Both the position numbers and the translations under genes were made by a program. Below the pieces are notes generated by a model. That model did no database searches. It was not told the origin of the DNA and was given only the letters and a program-made list of their open reading frames with translations. From Octopus sinensis (Eukaryota), in contig NC_042999.1 of NCBI RefSeq assembly GCF_006345805.1, positions 137,702,001-137,766,000 on the forward strand: a DNA stretch of 64,000 nt, given 5' to 3'. This document shows positions 54,284 to 64,000 of this stretch, in pieces. Each line of letters opens with the position of its first letter. Positions within the stretch are counted from its first letter, which is position 1.

Positions 54284-54393
54284 CTGTAGCTAACAAAACT
54301 TGGTACTGAGTCATTATCGTCTGCAAGTAGAATTGTAACGTTAACAGGAGAGACGCTAAGTTCACGGTTAAATTTCTGGATGGTGAACATCAT
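54284..54393 (-). CDS. WSC-domain gene, probable first coding exon (MMFTIQKFNRELSVSPVNVTILLADDNDSVPSFVSY, ends phase 2)
   Basis: ATG at 54393 with an in-frame TAA upstream. Perfect donor CAG|GTAAGT. Phase 2 matches the exon at 41569. Lies at the edge of the CpG-retaining region. Confidence 0.65.
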
Positions 54394-54939
54394 ATCCGCA
54401 GATAATTATATTCAGTATTTTTTTTTTCAATTTGGTTTACTTGATGAATCATCCTGATATTTTTTTTTTAATCGTGAAGAAGTAACATCATGGAAAAAAA
54501 AAAACAATAATAATGTTTCAATTATAAGCACAAGGCCAAACAGCCTTTTGAGGCTTCAATACTTGACTAGTACATTAATAATCATAGTAAATCTCATGTT
54601 TATTAGCCACAAGAACTAGAATTGTTGGTTAATGTTGACATTATTACCCGGAAGCGAAATCGAAAAAAGAAAAATAGTGCAACGGGTGTAAATAAAGGTG
54701 TAGAAAACGAATCTGAAAACAAAAATGTGGGGAGAGAGGCCTTCGGAAAATTCACAAGATCCGATGTTTTTCCCACATAACTTTTAGGAAAATAGGTTTT
54801 TTAATGAAATCTTTATATATAAAAGAGAGGTTATGTGTCTTAATCAATATTTTCGTGCCGAAATTTTAATCGGGTAAACTAATACGTTTTAATTTTGTGT
54901 GGAGAGAGGGAGAGAGAGAGACATACACATCTTTCATGA

Positions 54940-55350
54940 CGAGCTGGCAGAAACGTTAGCATGCCGGACGAAATGGTTAGCAGTATTTCGTCTGTCTTTA
55001 CGTTCTGAGTTCAAATTCTGCCGAGGTCGACTTTGCCTTTCATCCTTTAGGAGTCGATAAATTAAGTACCAGTTACGCACTGGAGTCGATGTAATCGACT
55101 TAATACCTTTGTCTGTCCTTGTTTGTCCCCTCTATGTTTGGCCCCTTGTGGGCAGTAAAGAAATAGCTATTTCGTCTGCCGTTACGTTCTGAGTTCAAAT
55201 TATGCCGAGGTTGACTTTGCCTTTCATCCTTTCGGTCGATTAAATAAGTACCAGTTATGCACTTGGGTCGATGTAATCGACTTATTCCCTTTGTCTGTCC
55301 TTGTTTGTCCCCTCTATGTTTAGCCACCTGTGTGCAATAAATAAAGAAAT
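54940..55350 (+). mobile_element. SINE with 2 tandem ~180-bp internal units
   Basis: The tatttcgtctg...gagttcaaatt...gcctttcatcc...gtaaagaaata unit is repeated. Confidence 0.9.
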
Positions 55351-57338
55351 ATACTTTGTGTAGCTAAACTTCCAATGTCATAGGTCAAATGGAGCGAGTG
55401 AGTGATTTCATATGTGTGTGTGTGTGTGTATGTATGTATGTGTAGATATATGTGCGTGTGTATGTGTGTATAGAAATATTTTCAAGTAAAAAATAGACCC
55501 TGGGCTGAAAAAGGGTGGGAACCACTGGGCGAAACAATAACATTACATTCTTTCTTTCATAACTACGAAGTGGGAGATTATAATGACGTGAAAATCTTCT
55601 ACAATGACGAGGAAACCATTTCGTGTCAATTGTGCTGCTAATATCGAAAGAAACTGACACTAAGACGTTCCGTATTTAACAATATTCCCAGTACAGGTTC
55701 CAAATTTAGAAGTGGAATGCAATTGAGACACAAGTGTTTATCGGTGGTATTATTTGATAAATTACAATGTCGTGACATACAGTAATCTAATATAATTCTT
55801 TAAAAACACTAATAATGCCAATAAACTGTCAATTTTCTTCTTTTTTATTATAATGGAAATGACATGAAAATGAAAGTTACTAAGGCCATTAGAAAACGAG
55901 ACATATCTACAAAATTCTTCGAGTTAAAAAAAAAAGCTTCAGTGGATATCTGTTTGGCTTCTCGGTCGAAGAACCTTTAGTTGGTATTAGAGTACAAAAG
56001 TACAATCTGGTCCCCGCCGACGCATGTTTTTTAATGATATTTTGCAGGGAGACGTTTCCGGAAGATGTAGGTGATTATATTGATTTTTTTTATCCTCAGA
56101 AAGAACTCCATGTCTTTCAGTAACTTGTTCATGATCATTGCACATTATAAAAAATACATCTGAAATTAAGCTGAAATTGGAAAGCACAATAAAATAAAAA
56201 TAATAATCAGTTTACACTGTGTACAAGTTGAAAGTATTCAGTACTCTTCCATAAGCTAAACGTAAACTGGGAAATTTTTTATTGTATTATGCCTTCAGGT
56301 TAAATGTCATATTTTTCAGGTTGTATAATGACCATGAGCAAGTTATTGAATATTTAAAAAGTTATGAACTTCTTTTCCGAGTTTAAAAAAGAAAATTCGT
56401 GAAAAAAATGTTACCAATATAACCATCACTGGTGATGCTCCAGCATGGCCACAGCCTTAGGGTTGAAAAGTATAAAAGAATAAAAGAATCAGCTACATCT
56501 TCGCAAACGCTTCGCTGCAAAATTTCATTTAATAATATGTATTATGAAGAAACTAGGAAAATAAATTTGGTTATGCTGCGCTGAAAAAAGGCATGCTTGC
56601 CTCAGCTACTGAATGAACCTTTATGTGATCGCCCAATCTACTAGAAATAGCAGCCAAACCTCCCCCAAATCACCTACCGTCTTAGACAAGGACAGGACTC
56701 ATTCAATATTGTAGTCCTAAATACCTCCTCCTAAATAGACGTGATAGTTATAGTTTCAATGCTTTTTATCAACGGCCTGCTGTCGAGTTTAACATGGGAC
56801 AAATTAATAGCTTGAAATTATCCCTCTCGTGAGAATAAATCATTTTAAAAGCTTATAGAACAGATTTCTTAAGACTTGCGTTTATGTAGATAGATACCTT
56901 TGCATTCTAAATTAAAATCCCGTTGGGACAGATAAAATAAATACTCAACTACTTGAGTGGATCTAATAGGCCGTGTACCAATTTTTAGAAAATCTCAGTG
57001 TAATAGTTTGGTAATATTCCGCCAAAGTCAACTTTGTCTTTCATCTTTTCGGGGTCGATAAAATAAGTACCAGTTGAACACTGAGGCTTGATGTAATCAG
57101 CCGAGCCCCTTCCCCGAAATTGTTGGCCTTGAACCAAAATTTGGTAAATCCTCATCATAAACAATTTTTGCCAAGAAAACCCGAAAAAACAATTATAGGG
57201 ATAAATTTAATGAATTAATTTTTCTTAAAATCAATGGATATCAAAAATGTTTCCATTTACTTTCAAACTGTTTGGTGAGCAATCCTGCTCTTTAGATTTT
57301 CTAAGTAAAACTTAAATTACTGTTTTATTCATAAAGAA

Positions 57339-57791
57339 GCAGAGATACCCGGCGTTGCTCGAGATTAAAATATTCTTTTTTTTGTTTCAGTTATTTGACT
57401 GTGGCCATGCTGAAGCACTGCCTTTAGTCGAACAGAAAGAAAGAAAGAAAAAGGACGGAAAGAAGGAAGGAAAGAAGACATAGACCGAAAGAAAGGAACT
57501 ATTACAAAGGGTGAGAGAGAATATATGTAAGCAAGTGAAACAGATAATGTGAAAAAGGAGAAAATCGGTTGAAAACGACAGTTTTTAGAGAAAAACCTGT
57601 GTAAAACATCTTTCTTCCCCCCCCCCCCGGATTTCTCGCTTTACACGGGAGCTCTGGACAAAAAATTGTAGTGGATGACCATCTTTGGCACATAAGACAT
57701 GTGTGTGTAAAGTTTGGAGAAAATCGATTGAAAACTGTAGAAATGTATACATATTTCACACACAGACATCCTTTTTTTTTACATATATATA
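57339..57791 (+). mobile_element. Helitron/Helentron-like non-autonomous element
   Basis: gcagagatacccggcgttgctcg start and cacagacatcc(t)nacatatatata end, typical of HINE/DINE-like elements. Confidence 0.55.
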
Positions 57792-60289
57792 AATTAATGC
57801 TTACTAATTCACGTTTCAGCGGAATTTTGGAAGAGCTCTCCTTTGAAGTCTCCGACGTCATTGGTAAGAAAGGCCATTAAAGGAAAGGGGAGGGGTTAAA
57901 AAGAAAAAATTGAAAGTTTTGGAATTTTTTTTTCTTAATCGTAATTTCCTTACAGTGAAACAAAGGAATAAAATAAGTAAAAATTATCCTTTTACTTTCC
58001 TATGAGGCATGGGACTTCGAAGGATAACTATTCCAATTTTACCATTTCTAGGATTGTCTAAACAACCAAAAACTGTGGTTCAGAACTAGTTGGGTATCAT
58101 ATTGTGAGTTGTGTTATTAATAACCCTTCCAAGTTCATCTTTGAACTGAATTTGAAATTGTCGGAAGTATAGGGCGAATTTCTATCTACTTACAATGATT
58201 TCAGTACCAATAATGAACGTTTTACTTTAGTTGCTTGCACAAGAAAGTTTTTCACACACACACACACAGACACACAAGTGAAAGAGAATAAGAAATAAAA
58301 AAAAAAAAGATCGTGCCTTTCTTTAATAAGCAAAGCCCATTTCCTCAAGACTTCAGAAAAGGAGGGGAGGGGGCTTATTGTTCATATAGTTAACTCTGCA
58401 ATTCAGACAGAAAATTCTTAACAACACTGAAAGGTTGGGAAAACGAATCTTTATGAAGTAAATTATTCATCAATGCAATGACGACTACTATCATCAACGT
58501 TAATAAGGAAAAACGTGTTCATGCGATAGAGATATCATGGTTGACGAACAAGGATTATGCTAATCTTGTCTTGTGCCCGGTACATTACATTTATATTGAT
58601 GAGTCATGTTAATGAGCCACAAATGATTTATGGAATATACGATATTAATATATTTACATTATGATAATTAGCTTCAAGTTTTTACATTATAATATTGAAG
58701 CAAATTACATTATGGAAGAGTCATTTTTGCCAATTAAGAATACACAAAAACATTTACTTCTTATTAATTCTGTCTATTATAAAGTGTTGAAATGTTTCGT
58801 CGCACTCTTGCAATGCATCTCAATGACCAAGTTAAAGATTCGCGGCAAAACTTTCTGGCATTTCATAATAGTATTATTTTTTAAAAATAAAAACGAAAAG
58901 TGAATACAAAAGCTCTTGTGTGTTTTTAAATTGCAAAATAACTACGTAATTGTTTCAGTTTCAAAAACATCTCAGATCAAGTAAAAGTCTGAAATTATAA
59001 CAACCCCAACACATTTTGGGGTGTCGTCCAACCAATCAAATATACTTAGTACTTCACTGGTATTTATTTCACCGACTCAGGAAGAAATGGCTAAGTAGAC
59101 TCTAGCAGGATTTGAACTCAGAACGTAAACACTATTCTGTTTCTGAAACGCTTTGCCCTCTATTTACTTTTATCTTAAGGTGAATTCTCCGTCGATCTCG
59201 GCACTGGGCATTCAGTTATATGCACGGAATGAACATGTAAGCTGACTAGTACATGGAGGGGTTTCGCGGGTTTTACAGTCAGATTTCATTTTGGTTTTTG
59301 TGCATGCGCTCAAAATAATATATGCACGAACATATTTATCTATAGCTTTTCAGTCATGACTTTTTTTTTTTATTATAAAGTATTCAGAAAAATTTTCAAA
59401 TTAGTATCTACAAAAATTTTCATCCGGAACCAAAAAAAAAAAAAAAAAAAAAGATATAAATCGAACTGTTAAGTAATTGCTTTGAAAATGTTCGTCTTGC
59501 ACTATAGTCCTAATTTTTCATTTGAGCGCTGAGATTCATGACAATTAACGTTTAACTGGCTTCCGCCCTGTACTTTGTATTCTAATTGTTATTAAGGTAC
59601 AAGACCAGCAACTTAACAGGTATTTTATTTTATCGACTCCAAAAGTATGAAAGACAAAGTTGACCTTGGCGGGATTTGAACTTTGAACATAAAGACCTAG
59701 AAGAAATTCTGACGCCATATCTGTAGCTTATTGTTATATTATTATTATAAAACAATAAACTACATTTATGAGATTTGTCCGTTTGGGTGGGTGTATGAAG
59801 GTTTAGACACTATACTGATAAATTATACTAAATTATATTCTGTTAGAAACTATCAATGTTTTGTAGGAATGATACATAAATTGAATTGATGAATTGTTAT
59901 AAATTGCATGCTGGAAATTGAAGTGTTTCTTGATAAAAAGATTATCTTGATGGATTACAACCAGGCCGTGAACCAATTTCTGCAGTAATCAATAAGAATT
60001 ATTTTTTGAACGGACTCCAATTGCCTTGATAAAACGAGGTTTTAACCATTTAATTTTAGATTTATAAGAATTACATTTTTTTTCTCACTAGGAAGAAGGC
60101 CAAGTCCTGTAGAAAAGAAAGTTATTGTCGATTTAATCTACTTCAGTTTATTAGAGGGATTCGGTTTATGCCCCTGCAGGAATGAAAAGGTAAAATAAAC
60201 CTTGTGCGATCTAAATTCACACCATAGAAGGGCGGAGTTGTTTCACTTATACTGAGCATTTTAGTTTGGTATTACAATTACAAAGTGGG

Positions 60290-60797
60290 AGGCGGCAAGC
60301 TAGCAGAAACGTTAGCAGGCCGGGCGAAATGCGTAGCTGTATTTCGTCTGCCGTTACGTTCTGAGTTCAAATTCTGCCGAGGTCGACTTTGCCTTTCATC
60401 CTTTCGGGGTCGATAAATTAAGTACCAGTTACGTTCTGGGGTCGATGTAATCGAGTTAATCCGTTTGTCTGTCTTTGCTTGTCCCCTCTGTGTTTAGCCC
60501 CTTGTGGGTAGTAAAGAAATAGGTATTTTGTCTGCCGCTACGTTCTGAGTTCAAATTCCGCCGAGGTCGACTTTGCCTTTCATCCTTTCAGGGTCGATTA
60601 AATAAGTACCAGTTACGCACTGGGATCGATATAATCGACTTAATCCGTTTGTTTGTCCTTGTTCGTCCTCTCTGTGTTTGGCCCCTTGTAGGTAGTAAAG
60701 AAATAGGTATTTAGTCTGCCTTTACGTTCTGAGTTCAAATTCCGCCGAGGTTTACTTTGGCTTTCATCCTTTCGGGGTCGATAAATTGAGTACCAGT
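60290..60797 (+). mobile_element. SINE with ~2.5 tandem ~184-bp units
   Basis: Units start near 60339, 60523 and 60707. The third is truncated at the following LINE. Confidence 0.9.
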
Positions 60798-63700
60798 GAC
60801 ACTTAAATGTAATGCTTTTCCCAGAACTACATCCCAGATAGAGCGGAAGAAACGCGAATTCCTCCGTTCCTATGCTCTAATTAGACAGCACATGGGCACC
60901 TTTGACATCCTGGTAAATGACTGCACCAAGGATAACAAAAAGGATGGAGAAAGCCCCCAGGACCCTGCGGTCCCTCAAAATAACAAAACCAAACTCGTGA
61001 CTGAGAGGCCTGCAAACGAAGGAAACAATGATATAGGCCCGGCCCCAAATACATTAGAAGACCAAAGAGTTGTGAGAGCCAAAAAAGGAAAAGACAAACA
61101 TAAAACCGACAGGACAAAAACTGTCAGAAACAAAAAAAAAGTGAGGAGTAAAAGAAAGAGGAAAGAAAGAAACAACAAAAAATGTTGGGACGAAACAGAA
61201 GACCTCCAGTAAAAGCTACAGGAATAACAAGGACAAAAGCAGAAGCATTTGCAAATTTTATCTGCAAGGATACTGCCGGCACTGTGATGATGGTGCAAAC
61301 TATCGCCCTGCCAGAACCTCATGGGCCCAAGACAATACTCCCTTCAACGAGGAGGACAAAAGGAAAGGCACCAAAGAAGAAAAAATGGCGCATTATCTAC
61401 TCCCGAAAGACGATATGTAGATGTAGTGCGTAGCTCAACAAACGACTGGCTTCACCCAGATGTAAAAAGGGCAGCATCTGAACAACAATCTTTTTTGTGC
61501 ATGGCACAAAAGATTGTCGAGCAGCTGACCTGGCTACAAACACAAACTTGGAACTACACCCACCACCATACAAGGCCGCCACCGACAACAGATACAGGGT
61601 GTCCGCTACTAACACCAATACAGATGTCACAAAAATATTTGTATTAAATATCAGAGGGCTGTTGCACGACAACTGTAAAACAAAAATCTCATTCCTGAGA
61701 GACCTTGCTGCATGCAATGAAGCTCTATGCATGACACTCGTGGAAATTCATCTTTGACCTGATATAGGGGATGCAGAAATACACATAACACAATATGTTG
61801 TCATGCGCTCAGATAGAAAAGAAAGGAGCCGTGGTGGAATTGCTGTATACATCTGAGAACATCTCACGCCCCAGGTCCTGCTGGCATATTCAAATTCAGT
61901 GTGTGACACTCAAATGGTACACATAAAGCAACTTAATATTGTCATATGTACTACATATCACTCACCGGATGCTCCAAATCATACAGGTAAGTTTGAAGAC
62001 TGCCTAGCAAAGATAGAAGTTCTCACCAAATTGGAACAGCACATCAGTGTATTCCTTTTGGAAGACTTTAACTTCCCCCACACCACCAGCAAGCACAGGT
62101 GGAGTCCCTGCACCACCTTATCAATGCTTCTTTCATGGAGCAAACTGTACTGCAACCAACCAGGGCAAATGATATACTGGATCTTTGCTTCACAAACAAT
62201 ATGGACATTATCCATAATGTTAAAGTGACACCGACGCTGGTCTCGGATCACAACATAATAGAGTTGTCTATGTATGGACCAAAAGCTCCCGCAGACGTAC
62301 AGCCTATATGAAGCACTCAAAATTTCTCCAAACTAAGTTTTCATAAAGCAAATTGGAAGTTGATTGAGAAAGAGATCCTCAAACAGGATTGGCCTAAATG
62401 TCTCTCCATGCCAGATAGTAACATGAAACACAAACATTTCATGTCCATAATACAAGCCACATGTGACAAATCTGTCCCAGTGCGCAGGGCCAACATACAC
62501 AAAAACAGGATCCCTAGGGAAAGGAAACTTCTGAGACGACGGACAAAGATTGCGAACCGCCTGAGCAAGCACCCCAAAAGTGGTGAGGAGTCTCGCTTGG
62601 AGAGAGCGCTATTGGAGATTGAGAAGTCTACATCAGTCTCACGAAAAGGAGAGAGCAGACAAGAAAAGTTGGGTTATAGAAAATATCAAGTCGGACTCTA
62701 AAGCTTTCTTTAACTTTGCCAAAGAAACAGCCTCAGTACGCCTCAAGATAGGAACCATCTTCCAAAAAGATGGCTCCTTTACAGGAAACCCAATGATGAT
62801 AAGTGAAATACTGAATGAACAGTTCCAAAGTGTGTTCGCTGCACCTCTGGGACTCAGGTAAATAAACAAACTAGCAGAATTCTTTACCATTTTACCTGTA
62901 ACCAAAGAGGCGAAACTTGAATACATCACTATTGAAGAAGATGTAACACTGGCCATAGATGAGATTGACACAAACTCAGCTGCTGGCCCTGATAGATTCC
63001 CAGCAGTCCTTCTCAAATCGTGCAAACGAGCCCTTGCAAAACCACTGCAGCTTCTTTTTCAGAGCTTTCTTGCAAGTGGCAAGCTCCCAGTCAAACTGAA
63101 GGAAGAGATAATATGCCCTGTCCATAGGGGATGAAGCAGAGCAGATACTAAAAATTATAGGCCTATCTCTCTGACCTCGCACATCAACAAAGTCATGGAA
63201 CGAATAGTCTGCAAGAAACTAATCGCGTTCTTTGAAGAGAATTACTTGCTGAATGACACCCAGCATGGATTTCGATCAGATTGAAGCTACTCCTGCAACA
63301 CTACGACTGGGTTTTAAAACAGCTGCTAAATGACTCAAGTGTGAATGTAATATATCTCGACTTTGTAAAAGCCTTTGATAAAATCGACCATGGTATGATA
63401 TGTCACAAACTGCGTGATCTCGGCATAAGAGGATAACTTGGAGAGTGGCTGCACAACTTTCTAAAAGATAGACGTTAGACAGTGGTGACCAACGGAACCA
63501 TCTCCAAGAAAACACAAACAGCAAGTGGTGTTCCATAGTGCACTGCCTTGGGGCCACAGCTATTCATAGTGGCCCTCTCAAATATGCCCTCAGCTGCTCG
63601 AGTAGCCACCCTTGCTAGCTATGCAGATGACTCAAAAGTCTCTCAGACAATACAAAATCCTGGAAATATTGCACATCTGCAACGGGAGTTGGACGCAATA

Positions 63701-64000
63701 TACAGGTGGGCTGGGGACAACATGCAGTTTAATGCAGAAAAATTCCAAACCTGTGCTACCAGCACACCAAGCAACGACATGCAGACAGGAACACTGGCCA
63801 AAGAGGAATTGCAATCTCTGAATCAAAATCAGTGCATGATCTGGGCACTGACATGAGCAATGATGCATCTTTCGAAGTGCATATTATTAATTTGGTAATA
63901 AAATGCAGACGGTTAGCTTGATGATCCTCCGAACTTTCAAAACTCTCAAAAGGAGACAGTGATGGTCCTTTGGAGAGCATACGTCCTCAGCCGCTTGGAC
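60797..64000 (+). mobile_element. CR1/L2-group (Jockey superfamily) LINE, disabled APE + RT, runs off the window
   Basis: LNIRGL, RSDRKERSRGGIAVY, DFNFP, NDILDLCFTN, VSDHN, AAGPD, NYRPISLTS, QHGFRS, IYLDFVKAFDK, LGPQLF, YADD. Many stops and frameshifts. Confidence 0.93.

Noticed and set aside
60290-60797. CRISPR-like array
   Set aside because: Whole ~184-bp units repeat with no unique spacers; eukaryotic SINE context and no cas genes.
60796-61212. Lys-rich 138-aa host protein
   Set aside because: Contiguous with the CR1-like LINE 5' region/ORF1 remnant; no ATG start.

Overview
AT-rich, repeat-dense eukaryotic DNA. The SINE families, microsatellites and TE spectrum strongly suggest an octopus or other coleoid cephalopod (inference). 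One spliced protein-coding gene runs on the minus strand across about 54.4 kb to at most 8.2 kb. I reconstructed 10 phase-compatible GT-AG exons by hand (931 nt, ~310 aa). They encode a short N-terminus, a hydrophobic TM/signal-anchor segment and two complete tandem WSC domains, each encoded by a 139+131 nt exon pair. The 3' end of the gene is unresolved. Introns and the upstream region hold decayed RTE, CR1-like and Tx1/L1-like LINEs, a Gypsy pol remnant, mariner/Tc1 remnants, Helitron-like and MITE elements, and several SINE families. The most notable structures are: (1) a three-level nest in which a Tx1-like element with a 20-bp TSD sits inside a CAGTG...CACTG element that splits an RTE LINE; (2) a foldback element with ~270-bp TIRs, an 8-bp TSD and an internal (TTAGGG)n array; (3) a patchwork of locally templated copies; (4) nested inverted repeats carrying tRNA-like units; (5) a sharp CpG-depletion boundary near the first exon. 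I found no CRISPR array, rRNA or convincing tRNA gene. Most ORFs in the supplied track are TE remnants or noise. Repeat boundaries are approximate.
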